A DNA stretch of 63,377 bases, counting the filler, from Octopus bimaculoides (Eukaryota): assembly GCF_001194135.2 (NCBI RefSeq). It is 5 parts of 4 records of this genome, joined end to end, with 100 filler letters (N's around TTAATTAATTAA, not from the genome) between each part and the next. Parts side by side here need not be neighbours in the genome. Positions count along the whole stretch, not along the records: positions 27,224 to 50,716 come from NC_068983.1; positions 50,817 to 56,905 come from NC_068991.1; 3 more parts are not named here. One strand, 5' to 3'. How positions within the stretch are numbered: position 1 is the stretch's first letter; every line of letters begins with the position of its first letter. The notes under the pieces are model-generated. The model was not told where the DNA came from. It did not search any database and saw only the letters and a program-made list of their open reading frames with translations. Both the position numbers and the translations under genes were made by a program. This document shows, piece by piece, positions 40,897-54,653 of this stretch.

Positions 40897-42075
40897 TGTT
40901 TCGAGAAACTTAGTAAAGGGAGGTTACTCTATAATCCTTCTTGCAAGGGAGATCTTACAATTATTTAGCTACATAGACCACTCAGTTCAGACGATTGTGT
41001 TAAGCTGCTGGAGAATGTGGAGCGTGGTTGAGAAAGACACCGACTGTTGTCCCTGCAACACGAAGGCCCAACTGATGGCCAAATGCTAAGTGATACTCGA
41101 GGAACAAACAGATCGATTCACATACATTTGACCTCAGTAATTTAATCTAATAAAACTCGGTCGCATCATGAAATGCTTTGGAATCTCATAACGTATATCA
41201 TAAATATTCATTAATCCATATCATTTTACTCTCTTTGGTGGTTATTCCTGGATTAACAATCTCTAATCGTGCTTCCCTTCGCTCTATATTTGGTACGTTA
41301 TTCTAGTGTAGTAATGGTGCTTCTAGTAAAATAACCAATACCAATAACAATAGCAACAAAAGCATTTGAAATATTGGTGGAAATGGTATTTTTTTGTGGT
41401 GCTGCTCGTATTGCGAAGGAGTTAATAGGGAAGTAATTGATTACCTCTAATATTATTACGAACGTAAGAGCAGGATCTAGTAAAATTTTTGAGCGAGATA
41501 CGTGATGTATTATTAGTTTATCATATTATATCAGTTATATTAATATATATCATATTATATTATTGGTAGTTTACGCTTGAATATACTGCAAATTAGAAGT
41601 CACGTCAAGACCTGTTTTCCGCTATAATCAGAAGAACCAGTTCAAGTTGAAATGCATTTTTTTACTGATGACTATAGAAAAGATTCTAAGGCTGATGAGT
41701 CAATCCCATGAAGAAATTTCCCTTCATGGCAACAATGTGCGTGCTACGTCATTGAATAACCAAATTTTTCTTAATTAGTTTGAACTGCTGGTGTCTGTTC
41801 ATACTGGAACACCGCTTTGTATTTAGTTGCATTTTAAGATTACATTTCTGTCATTTCAAAGCTTGTTCTAAAATTAGCACTTACCTAATTAGAGATTTGA
41901 GTTATTTGTGGTTACTACAGCCTGAAGGTAGCCTACTTGAATTCAATAAAAGTTCCATCGTCCCATTCCTGAATTTACAGATTATTCTTGTACACACGCA
42001 CGCACACAGATACACGCACACATACACACGCACACACGCAAATACATACGCACTAACACACATACACGATCACAA

Positions 42076-42114
<39 letters not shown>

Positions 42115-42124
42115 NNNNNNNNNN

Positions 42125-42189
<65 letters not shown>

Positions 42190-42899
42190 TATTTAAGAAC
42201 ATTTCATGATGTTTCTTGAATCTATTAAGCTATCTGGCACTATGATCACACTCATATATTACTTTAACTTCTGTATGGGACATCTAAGATTGATCAGACA
42301 ATTTCATTTCAACACTCCTGAATTGTCGAAACTGTCCATCACCACATGGTCGTACTCAGTACTCTTAGTATCAATAACTCATTGATTTAAAAAAAACAAC
42401 TTTATAATATTGATTTACTTCTCCAAATAATAGACTGCATAGGACATCAATACCTTTTCCCTTTGGATATATTCATTGTAAAAAATATACAACCCGATGG
42501 CATATCTAAAAAAGGCTACGCACTAAATAATATGTTCCAGTTTTCTCAAAACTTAAATTTACCTTGAAATACTATTGGCTGCTTTTCTCGATTGACATCA
42601 TTTCTGTCACGCACATATCTCTTAGAAGGCATAGATAGGTTAGAGTTTTAGCAAAATGAGCTACCACTCTCGTAAAATCGAGACATCACGGCGACTGTAG
42701 TTTAAAATATCTAAACAACAATATTTGCTCGCCTTATGATTTAGAAAACAATGTGCTTGCATGTACTTCTTGCCCTACCGACTGTTATAATAGGCCAGCA
42801 TAAGGCCAAGATAGGCCATCATTTTTTATGATAGTTTGTTGGGCTTATCACTTCGTAAAATTTCGTCTTGATTTCGATATTGCTATTGTTAACAATTTG

Positions 42900-43160
42900 T
42901 TATGTATTATATAGTTTACCAGAATATTCGAATTTTAAAAGTAAATCTGCGCCAATGAAACCTTTACTAATGTTGTTTTCCAATATAAAAAGAATATGAA
43001 AGAAATCCTTAGAAATACCTTGTAGCTGACATGATACCGACATATTTCTGCTTATGACTAAATATATCATTTCTGCGATATACATGGAATATTTCATTAC
43101 ACTCTATCGTAGTTTGCACAAATATATCCCTGCATTATTAATCCGCTCACGTGAATTCAT
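42900..43160 (-). pseudogene. Decayed coding segment A, Ig-like motifs
   Basis: In-frame RINNAGIYLCKLR*SVMKYSMYIAEMIYLVISRNMSVSCQLQGISKDF; paralogous to 45774-46018. Confidence 0.4.
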
Positions 43161-44689
43161 ATGTCCATCATAACAACGCTCACACACACACAAACACAGA
43201 CAAACAGATATATAGCTAGATAGCTAGCTAGATAGATAGACATACATATGCAATAATAGCTACAATTTATGCTTACCACTATTAAAATAACGTTGCATAA
43301 CATCTGACACGGTGCCCTACGATTGGTATCATAATTTCATCATTGATTAAAACTGTTGCATGTCTACATCGGTCTTTTAAATACAGCTTTGTATCAGTTT
43401 ACTATATTAACACTCAAGTATTAAAGATCTTCACTTTCTAACTGCTATTCCGCATCTCGACTTAATCTACGGACAATAGACATGGGATCTGCTATAAGAA
43501 TGCATTACTATTTTATATTTAGTCCATGATCTAGAAGTTAAAACCTCGGAACTTAGTGCATATGTATTTCTCTCTAGATTGCATATCGGTATAAGACGAT
43601 AGAAATATGCTCAAAAGTCAATCTCTGTCTGTCGCAAGGTATACTTATGCAATTGTTTTTGCGAAGAGCTCACCACCACCTCCGGAAGTGACGCCTGATT
43701 ATCGCCAGCTAATCAGCGAGTTGCCTCCCGTTCTTATTTTCTGTTGCATCGAATATAGCAAAAAGGAATACAGTCTCATTCTAAAGCAAATAATGCATGC
43801 CAGATCGGGGATTCAACTCTTCGTCACTATTATTGTGGATCTAACTTACTAACGTTCAGATGACGAGCATTTTTGCTGCATGGAAAACCAGCGTATTTCA
43901 ATCCTTTATAGATGTGTACATGTATCAGTATACATATGTACCGATAGGCATACAATTGAAGTTAGAATTAACATTAAAAAAATCACTTGATTCCAGACTC
44001 AGGTGTCTCTTACGATTGACAACACAGTATTTTCAGTGGAGGAAAGAGTTAAGCTCATATAGCACCACTGGTGTATTCTATGTTATTAGTTATGCTGTGG
44101 AAAGGTTGTTATTTTCTAATCCTTGTTCAACACTCATGGAAACAGCTATATTCATAAAAATTATTTTGTAACCACGTTACTAACATATTTGCATTTAGAA
44201 AACAATGTGCTTGCATGTACTTCTTGCCCTACCGACTGTTATAATTTATTGGTCTCCGACCACACTGAAGCTGTGCGTACAATATCTTTTATAGTTTATT
44301 TTCTCTTGGCTAAGTAATTCGTTCTTTTTTGCATATGTTCTTACATGTTTATCAAATGATTAACTTCATCCGAATAATATACCTGTCAGAGGTTCCCTAT
44401 TTACGGATACAAGACATCTTATGCCACTTATACCAATCTTCACCGTTGTATCCAAACACGTAAACGTACACATCGTACACACACAGACTCACACAGACAT
44501 CAAACACACATAAAATTAAAAGCGACTGAAGCAGAGTTATTACGAAAAAGCAATCTTTACCCCCAAAGTAACGTGTTTGAACGCCGAATAATGATATATA
44601 TATATCATTGACAGAAACGAACCGTCTGTTGCTGCTGCCAGATAATGAGATTTCGTCCTATCTTCGGTTCTCTTCAGTGACAGACTTAC

Positions 44690-44870
44690 AGTAGCAACAC
44701 AACAGTCGTTATAAGCAGTTTCGAGCATTTCATAAGTTTCGTTTGCGTTTTTGTCAACTTTAACAAATTTATTGCATAGCTTGCTTCCAAATTGTCTTCG
44801 CGTCCCGACTGCATTCTGCAAACTAATCAGCTGCGACAACCAGTGCGCAGTAAGGATATACTCAAAGTGC
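44690..44870 (-). mobile_element. Mariner transposase N-terminal remnant
   Basis: KFVKVDKNANETYEMLETAYND resembles the mariner HTH. Confidence 0.65.
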
Positions 44871-45013
44871 TGTTACCACCTTCTCTTTCAGTCTGGAATA
44901 ATAAAGTTGTCACGTCAACATAATAGATGGATGGTAATGATGTATTAAGGTTACAACTACTGTAATGCACCTGGTATAGACATATGCTGGTGTGTGTGTG
45001 TGTATGTGTGTGT

Positions 45014-45047
<34 letters not shown>

Positions 45048-45773
45048 NNNNNNNNNNNNNNNNNNNNNNNNNNNNNNNNNNNNNNNNNNNNNNNNNNNNN
45101 NNNNNNNNNNNNNNNNNNNNNNNNNNNNNNNNNNNNNNNNNNNNNNNNNNNNNNNNNNNNNNNNNNNNNNNNNNNNNNNNNNNNNNNNNNNNNNNNNNNN
45201 NNNNNNNNNNNNNNNNNNNNNNNNNNNNNNNNNNNNNNNNNNNNNNNNNNNNNNNNNNNNNNNNNNNNNNNNNNNNNNNNNNNNNNNNNNNNNNNNNNNN
45301 NNNNNNNNNNNNNNNNNNNNNNNNNNNNNNNNNNNNNNNNNNNNNNNNNNNNNNNNNNNNNNNNNNNNNNNNNNNNNNNNNNNNNNNNNNNNNNNNNNNN
45401 NNNNNNNATAAAGTCTGTCATACCGGCCATGACGAAGGGAAATAGCCCTGGAACTCGAGTCGCCTTTATATATTTATATTTATATTTATATATTTGATCC
45501 TTTATATTGAACACTCAATATTTCATCTACATTCAATACTTTATTTCATGGTGCCATCCATTTTTATCTTATTTTATTTTATATTATATATTGTATATTA
45601 TATTATATATTGTATATTCCATATTCTATACCCCACATTGGTTCTGCATGAATATAAATAAAACATAAAAAACAGACAGTGTTGGAACTCTTTTAAACAA
45701 AATAATATATATATACATATATACACACACATACACATATACAACAGGCATAATATATTAGAATATTTTTATT

Positions 45774-46018
45774 TCACATAACAATCTGGGTCAACAGAAA
45801 TCTTATAGATGTAAATTTCCAATAGTCAATTATAGGAGCGAAATCCTTAGAAATATGATATAGCTGACATTGTATAAAAATATTCTTGCCAATGGCTGAA
45901 TATGTCACATCAGTGATATATATTTGGTAGTTGATTTCAGTCCTATACACTTCTACTCCTTCGTTTACAGAAACATATTCTTGCTTAAATAATACATCTA
46001 AACGTTGAGACACATATC
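45774..46018 (-). pseudogene. Coding-like segment B, Ig-like G-x6-C...W motif
   Basis: NYQIYITDVTYSAIGKNIFIQCQLYHISKDFAPIIDYWKF; 15/35 aa identical to segment A with no indels. Confidence 0.4.
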
Positions 46019-46020
46019 TA

Positions 46021-46143
46021 CAGGGTGTCCACGAAGTCTGGGTACACGGAATTAACACACCTATATTTAATTAACACGCTTATATTAATTGTTTATGATA
46101 TGATTTTATTTACTCTATGTACTCAGACTTTATGGACACCCTG
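46021..46143. mobile_element. 123-bp Tc1/mariner-type MITE
   Basis: 26-bp TIRs CAGGGTGTCCACGAAGTCTGGGTACA with 3 mismatches; TA on both sides. Confidence 0.92.
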
Positions 46144-47031
46144 TATATGACTGGGCTTATATATATATGTATGTTATTGGCTTACACATACCTCTCTCCC
46201 TCTTTGTATGCATGTATATATATATATATATATATACACACTCACACACACACATACATATTTCTATACGTATAATGTGTAGATGTTTCTCAGGTAATAT
46301 TATAAGTTCGCGTATTATAAGTTAACAGAGTAACACCGTTAGTGGGAAAGGTTATAAAAGGAAACAAGGTAATGGAGGAGATGAGAGGAAGTAAAATGAG
46401 AAAAAAGGTGGGGTAAAATACAATAGAATATAGTACAGTACAACGAAGTATAAGTCGGTTAATTTTTCATAATAGTTTTATGTATATAAATGTTTTAAAA
46501 GTTTTATTAAAAATTTATGGATATAAAAGGTTAAAGATTTGTAAACGTTTTGTGCATATAAAAGTAGACATGAAGTAAATAGGTAGGCAGGTGGGTAGGT
46601 ACGTAGGTACGTATGTAGGCAGGTAGATAGATAGGCAGACAGACAGACAGACAGACAGAGAGATAGATAGATAAATAGACAGATTAATACGAAGGTAGAG
46701 TGACTGTTTAACCTGTATATGACGTGCGACCTGCAGTGTGCCTTGCTGCCGGTTATTATAGCGTATTTTGTGAGCGTTTTCGAATCCACAGCTAGCCACC
46801 TACACTTTTCTCTGCAAAATAGGGTAGTTTATTCTGTTCAGGCTATATTATTAGCATTATTCTGCGATTGAAAATTTAAAATCACTTCTTTAACTTTCTA
46901 AAAAGACATCTCAACGCTTCTAAAAGCAAACTTCGTTTGTTTACTTACGTTTGTCGTAATTTGAATTTAACATATGAGAGCGTCTCATAAAGCGAGATTT
47001 ATATATCTTAACTTGAAGAGGAATTTGTAGT

Positions 47032-47107
47032 GGGTAGTTTAGCTTAATCGGTCAAAGAATCGTGACATGTAATCACGGAGATGTGAGTTCTAGTCCACAG
47101 CTAGCCA
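47032..47107 (+). pseudogene. tRNA-Thr(TGT)-like pseudogene or SINE head
   Basis: Acceptor GGGTAGT/GCTAGCC (1 mismatch), anticodon arm CGTGA-CATGTAA-TCACG (U33 is A), damaged T arm. Confidence 0.5.
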
Positions 47108-47183
47108 CCTACACTTTTCTCTGCAAAATAGGGGTAGTTTATCCTGTTCAGGCTATATTATTAGCATTATTCTGCGATTGAGA

Positions 47184-48240
<1,057 letters not shown>

Positions 48241-48769
48241 CACTACGATCATTAACACATACCCCTCTATATCTCTTCTATATCTCCTATATCTCTATAT
48301 CGCTTATTTCTCCTTTATATCTTACATCTCTTCTATCTACCTTACCTCATCACTTTATGAGATAAATCTTAATTATTTAATTTATCCCTAATTTAATTTT
48401 AAAACTTAACCCAATAAATCCCCTATATAAAAGTCCTAATATCTAACTCTAACTCCCCTATATAAAAGCCCTAATATCTAACTAACTCCCACTCATAGAT
48501 AATTCAACATAGATAAGACTAACACAAAACCCTACTACTCTCTTAAAATTCCTTTCATTTTTGCTCTATCTTCCTCTTTTACCCTATCTGTCTCTACTTC
48601 CTCATCCTCTCTCTTGTCTTCTCGGCTACTCCATACGCAATTCTCAGACACCATACATCTATACACATTATCTTATCCCTATAGCCAATCCTTAAATACC
48701 TCCTGACTCCTTCTACCCCTTTGTCTATTTATTTCTCCTCTTTCCTCTTACCACTTAATAGCCACCTCC

Positions 48770-49215
48770 ACTACCATTCTCTTGTTGAACGTTGATATGT
48801 TCGCGTCGTTTTTCCATGAGCGTAAGTCCTTAAAAAAACAACAAATCATCAAAAGCAAAAGGCAGCCCAAAATACTTAAACTCATTTTCACGGCTGCAAA
48901 AATGCACAAAGAAACTCCCAACCCAAAGGTCACAAAATACGATAGAACAAACTGCAACACTTGCTGTTACCTAATTGAGGCGCCAGAATTTGAATTCAAA
49001 GATGGCCAAACCTTCAAAGCCAAGTCCAGTTCAAACCTGGAACACGGAAAACCTGTTCTACGTAATCACATGCAATTGTTACGAACATAATTACATGGGT
49101 CAGACGGGCGGATCGTTACACAGCAGAATGACGACCCATCACCAACAGATCTGACACAAAAGCACAAGGAAAATTCCTTCAAGAAGCCACATTGCAACCT
49201 GTGCAGGAGTAGGTC
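48770..49215 (+). mobile_element. PLE GIY-YIG fragment
   Basis: RQPKILKLIFTAAK, NCNTCCYL, then after a frameshift NLFYVITCNCCEHNYMGQTG. Confidence 0.8.
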
Positions 49216-50174
49216 TTAAAGAAAAAAAAAAACCAAAGACTAAATTAAGAAAAGCAATTTATTAACAAGTGTAAACCACAATTAAATATAGACCAAAACA
49301 CAACCAATAAATAAGAACAGACACTTAAAAACAATTTTGTACAAATTATCATTTTGAAAGATATTTACCATTATTTTCTAAATTTTTTCCAATATTCATA
49401 TATGCTAACACACACACATTTACATACACTTACACTTACACACAAGCGTACACACATACACAAAAAGAAAAAAATCACAAAAACTCACACACACAAAAAC
49501 ACATACACACAAACACTCACACACATACAAAAGAAAACATCACAAAAATGCACACAAATACGCATATCTTTGTACACACACACACACACAAAAACAAACG
49601 TACAAACACACAAAAACAAACACAGAAACACACACATACACACAAATGAAGACATCGCAGAAAAACATGCTCACACACACGCACAAACACCCACACCCAT
49701 ACATATGCTCACACCCACACACGAACAGGCGCACATACACACAGCTGGTGACCACACACATACCAGGTGGAAACTTAAAAGTATACATCTAATCCAAAGG
49801 AAAATCCTAATTCTTTCTTCAAGAAGACAATGATCACAACATGTACACCCATCAAATCAAAGGTGGTCACTTTCCAAACATATTGAAAGGCCATTTAACA
49901 CAACACATACACACACATACACACGCACACACACACAGAGGGGGACATAAAACTGATTCAATAAATACTTTTTAGCCACTTCCTTGGCTGGAGCTCACAA
50001 AGATTTCTTTTAGACAATAAACACTCCTCTCACTCTCTATCACTTTGAACACTGTACAAAGCTATATTTAAAGAAGATTTCAACAAAAAACCTCCAGACA
50101 TGTTCTTGATCTCAGGCAGAAGATAAATTGTTCTTACTTCAAATTTTTATAAATTCTGACATTGATAAATTCTG

Positions 50175-50207
50175 ATATTTGATGAGATTCATCGAAACCG
50201 GTAATGT
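50175..50207 (+). ncRNA. Minimal type I hammerhead-like motif (family C)
   Basis: ATAT-TTGATGA-GAT(TC)ATC-GAAA-CCGG-TA-ATGT; palindromic CCGG loop, C3>U, ~1 kb downstream of a same-strand PLE. Confidence 0.55.
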
Positions 50208-50299
50208 TTTCTTTATATAATTTTTTTAATCATTTCTATTAAATTCCCTTTTAAATTGAAATGTCTTAGACTTCTGTTCTGTGCTATTTCCAGCTCTAC

Positions 50300-50405
50300 A
50301 ACAACTCAAATGTGGACGTAATATACCTTGATTTTGCAAAAGCTTTTGACAACGTGCATCAAGGTACGATACGCCACAAACTACGTGATCTATGCATAGC
50401 TGGAA
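50300..50405 (+). mobile_element. CR1-type RT fragment
   Basis: VDVIYLDFAKAFDNVHQG. Confidence 0.8.
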
Positions 50406-50816
50406 TTAAATTTTACATGTTTTACCTGCTGATACCTGCTGGGTACCTGTATTCACTCTGGTTATATCTAACTGGTGCGGACTTGCCTATTGGTGTCTAC
50501 TTTTTTTGAGCTGTAAAATGTACCCGAGGGAGGTGTAGAACTTTGTGTTTTAACGCTAAATGGTGTTAAATCATTTTAAATCATTTTAAATGTTCTGTCC
50601 TTGAATTTTAACCGATGGACTATTTTTGGTACCTCATTTCTTTATTTTATTTTACTTTACTTTATATCGACCTATATTATATTATTACCTTTATATATAT
50701 ACGTATATGTATATATNNNNNNNNNNNNNNNNNNNNNNNNNNNNNNNNNNNNNNNNNNNNTTAATTAATTAANNNNNNNNNNNNNNNNNNNNNNNNNNNN
50801 NNNNNNNNNNNNNNNN

Positions 50817-50854
<38 letters not shown>

Positions 50855-50897
50855 ATATACATACACACGAATACATATACACAGTTGTGTAGGTATT

Positions 50898-50966
<69 letters not shown>

Positions 50967-51027
50967 GTATGAAAATCATTTTTTAGATATTCTGTCCGTC
51001 ATATGCAAAAGTATATGTCAGTGGGTA

Positions 51028-51225
51028 GGAGGATCGGTAGAATGCCTAACAAACCGCTTGCAATACTTAGCTACATGCCTATGCGTTCTGAGTTCAAATC
51101 TCGCCAAAATCAGTTTGGGTTTTCACCCGTTCAGGATCAATGAAACTAGTGTCGTTATTGGGGATGATTTCCTTCGGTTAAAATGAATGGCACTCCGCCA
51201 ATGTTAGAAATCCTTATTGTCAGTA
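51028..51225 (+). mobile_element. SINE family 2
   Basis: GCGTTCTGAGTTCAAATCTCGCC head; reverse complement of the 8421-8615 type. Confidence 0.6.
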
Positions 51226-52444
51226 TTAGCCAATAGTTTTAAAGGATCATAGTAGCCAATAGTTTTAAAGGGCCAGTCATTAGTATGAAGTGTAGAATAC
51301 AGTCCCGCGCCCAGTTAAGAAAAGGTTGATTTTTTTCCTGTCGTTTCCATGCAATGTTATAGCAATTGTATAATTGCACTTCAATTATAAATTGATATTC
51401 AATAGATCTGAAGAGAGTGCCAGAAGGTTTATGATAATGCATGATCTTTTTTTGGTAACCTTAACTTTTTAATTTAGGTTTTTATTCTAATCTATCTTCC
51501 CAGCAATACTAGGTATGATACAGTATGATATAGTTTCATCGAGTGTATATCTGAAGAATATACAAAATTACATATTAAATTTTCTGATGCCTAAAAGATA
51601 ATATTTGGCTGTGGAGTTTCTCATATTCCTGCACTTTAGTGATGGTGGTGATGGTAGTGGTGGTGGTGGAGTAATGTTTATTTATATTCATAATTAAATA
51701 AATATGTAGCTATTGGATGACAAGAGTTAAGGGCCGTGAAATGTCTCAGCTTATTGACTGACAATACGCATGATAATGATTTTCCAGTGATTTTACCATG
51801 ACTTTGTAGTGTGAATGGGTGGCAACAGGATATTAATTAAATTTATTAGCTAAGCCTTTGACAGACGAGGGAAAATAACCCTGAGTGTAAATAACATTAA
51901 GTTATCAACAAGTCACCAGGGTGTCCAGAGCGTGCCATATCTGTCCAAAAATTGTTGCCATTCCTAAACGTTTCAAAGCAAGTATACCCGACACATCAAC
52001 CTATACAATAGTTTTATTATGAAAAACGTCGATTTTCTGTGTAGTTTACATTGTAATTTCATATAGCAAAAGCAATGTTCCCATTAATACCTAATAAATC
52101 ATTACCCTCCTGATGTCTCCTTCCGATAACGGTATATGAATGTCAGATGCATTGACTGACAAAGGTATGGACATGTATGCATAACTTAAAGCGTATATGC
52201 TACTGAATACATGAATATGATACATGTTTCTATATACATACATACATACATACATACATACATGCATACATATATGTTCAAGCGTATATAAACACACAAA
52301 TAGTTGTCAAAACTAAAGCGGGTCGTGGAAAAAGATTAACGGAAAAGGACACAGAATACATCTCATCATCGATATATAAGCGTATGTGTGTGTGTGTTTG
52401 TGTGTGCGTGCGTGCGTGTGTGCGTATGTGTATGTATGTATTGT

Positions 52445-52863
52445 TGTCGGCGTAAACCCGTATCCGATTCGTAGATATCTAGCGAGTGATTGAGTCTCTT
52501 CATCCTAATGGGTGCGAAGAGTGCCGGTTCCTCGAGTAATTGTTCAGGCCAAGGGTAGTATAGAAAAGCCGGTGGGAAACATCGCAGGTGGGGGTGGGGA
52601 ACAAAGTAGTGCGAGTCGATCTTTGTGTCTGATCTCAGTCTGATCTCAGTCTCTTGACGTCTGTTATTTTCCATCGTGCCTGTTCCCTTGGCGATGAGAT
52701 ACCGCCACTTTAGGCGGTCCTTGTCGATGGTGTCCCAGGTACTTGGATTAAAAGTGCAACCGAAGAGAGTAGCCTTGAGCTGATTTCGGAGACGGAATTT
52801 TGGGGCTCCACGTGGTCTGGTGCCTGATGCTAATTCCGCAAAGGAGAATTGACGGGGGAGGCG

Positions 52864-52865
<2 letters not shown>
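52445..52865 (-). mobile_element. RTE-clade LINE 3' end
   Basis: RLPRQFSFAELASGTRPRGAPKFRLRNQLK...DRLKWR, decayed C2H2-like tail, ends in a (TACA)n tract. Confidence 0.85.
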
Positions 52866-52899
<34 letters not shown>

Positions 52900-53388
52900 T
52901 AAGATCTGGTAATTAGTCATATATTAATATATTAATTAATATCGATTAATTATCAGGGGGCCAGCACATTTAAAGAATCAAAGACATTCAGAAATATTAT
53001 CTGCAATCTCAGGGGATTAAGGTACATTTTAGAGAGAGAGAGAGAGAGAGAGAGACATATCCATTTTCTGCGATGGCTTTTGGTAAGCACCGATGATCTT
53101 TACAATTCTGTAAATAATAATAATAGTATTTTATAAGCTTAAAGTTTATAAGCGATTACATATGAAGTAAAAGCAGCTCTAGTATAATAAGTATTATCAG
53201 TCACAAATACTTAACGTATATGCTTTGTGTATTTTCTGGTGGCTACAATAGCGTGGTGGAGTATATACACTTTCAAAGTACCGGGTTGTTAAAACACCTT
53301 AGGCCAGGTAACTCACCTTCAAACTCAATTGAAAATTATTTACATTATTTACATTTGACGGGTATTTGTCCTCATCTTGTGTCTTGTT

Positions 53389-53434
53389 AACACAACGTTT
53401 CGGCTGATATACCCTCCAGCCTTCATCAGGTGTC
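53389..53434 (-). ncRNA. Minimal type I hammerhead ribozyme (family A), core intact
   Basis: GACAC-CUGAUGA-A-GGCUG(GAGGGUAUAU)CAGCC-GAAA-CG-UU-GUGUU; stem I 5 bp (one G-U), stem II 5 bp, palindromic ACGU stem III. Confidence 0.8.
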
Positions 53435-53505
53435 TTGGGGAAATTTCGAACCTAGGTTCTCGTTCCTAAGGTATTTTTCGATGTTAAAAATTATTATTAT
53501 TATTA

Positions 53506-54413
53506 TTTTATGTTTGACTTTTGTTTGCATTTTTATAAGTTGGCTCCAAGTCTCACCCAGAGACCTCAAGAGACAACAAGTTAGAAGTTCATGTAGGTGT
53601 TATGCCTAGGGTACCATATATTTGGATTTGTACAGTTTTGTTGTAGTGAATGTTTAAGAAACTATAAGAAAATTATGTGTTTGTTTTAAAATTTGAGATT
53701 ACAGAGACAGTATTTTACGTAGGATATGGGCAGTTCCCATGAGCACTATTTTTTGAATTTCTGACATTTTGGAGTTTCCTGGTAGCTGAGCTAGGTAGCA
53801 ATCAGCTCCTTTTGCTATCATTCCTAAGGCACCTATGACAACAGGTATTGTTTTCGTCTTCAGGTTCCACATTTTGCTAATTTCTATTTCAAGATCTTTA
53901 TACTTGCTCAGTTTTTGGTAGGTCTTGACAGATACGTTTATATCGATTGGGACAGTCATATCAATGAGAAGGCATGATTTTTGTCTGAAGTCTTTCAATA
54001 TGATGTCTGGCCTATTTGCATCTATCTTTCTGTTAGTTTGAATTGTAAGTTCCAGAAGAGTGAGATGTGATCATTTTCAAACACTGACAATGGTTTGTAT
54101 TTCCACCAGCTTTTATCATGAGGCAGATCCAGGTTTTTTCAAATTACCCAATGAATATATTGTTCAGCTCTATCATGCCTGTTGAGATACTCTGTAGGCG
54201 TAAGAAAACTGCACATGGAGACTACATGATCAATGGTCTCATTTTGTTGATGACATACATGACATATTGTGGAGCTGCCGTTCTTTAATATGTTGGCCTG
54301 GTAGTTCCTTGTAGGTAGGCATTGTAGGTAGGCTGCTATGATAAACCCTTCTGTTTCTGATTTTAAGCCAGAAGCCATTAGCCATTGATGGGTAAGGGCT
54401 TTGTCAACATCGG

Positions 54414-54414
<1 letters not shown>
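53506..54414 (-). mobile_element. 5'-truncated R4/Dong-clade LINE (CCHC knuckle + restriction-like endonuclease)
   Basis: LKSETEGFIIAA, CHVCHQQNETIDHVVSMC, NRPDIILKD...LLIDMTVP, KYKDL, IPVVIGALG; flanked on both sides by (AAT)n. Confidence 0.92.
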
Positions 54415-54467
<53 letters not shown>

Positions 54468-54607
54468 CATTATTATTATTATTATTCAGGTCACTTCGCC
54501 TGGAATAGAACTTGGAATCTTGGAGTTAGCAGCCTGCGCTCTCAACCTCTATGCTATATGCCCGAAATACCTAAGGAATGAGAACCAAGGTTCGAAGTTT
54601 CCCCCAA

Positions 54608-54653
54608 GGCACCTGATAAAGGCTGGAGGGTATATCAGCCGAAACGTTGTGTT
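54608..54653 (+). ncRNA. Family A hammerhead in the inverted arm, core mutated (CTGATAA)
   Basis: GGCAC-CTGATAA-A-GGCTG...CAGCC-GAAA-CG-TT-GTGTT. Confidence 0.65.

Noticed and set aside
41230-41500. Texture resembling a mitochondrial insertion
   Set aside because: Manual translation of the minus-strand frames gave no recognisable mitochondrial protein
41885-41995. Strong minus-strand donor AG|GTAAGT
   Set aside because: All frames from the nearby acceptors contain stops
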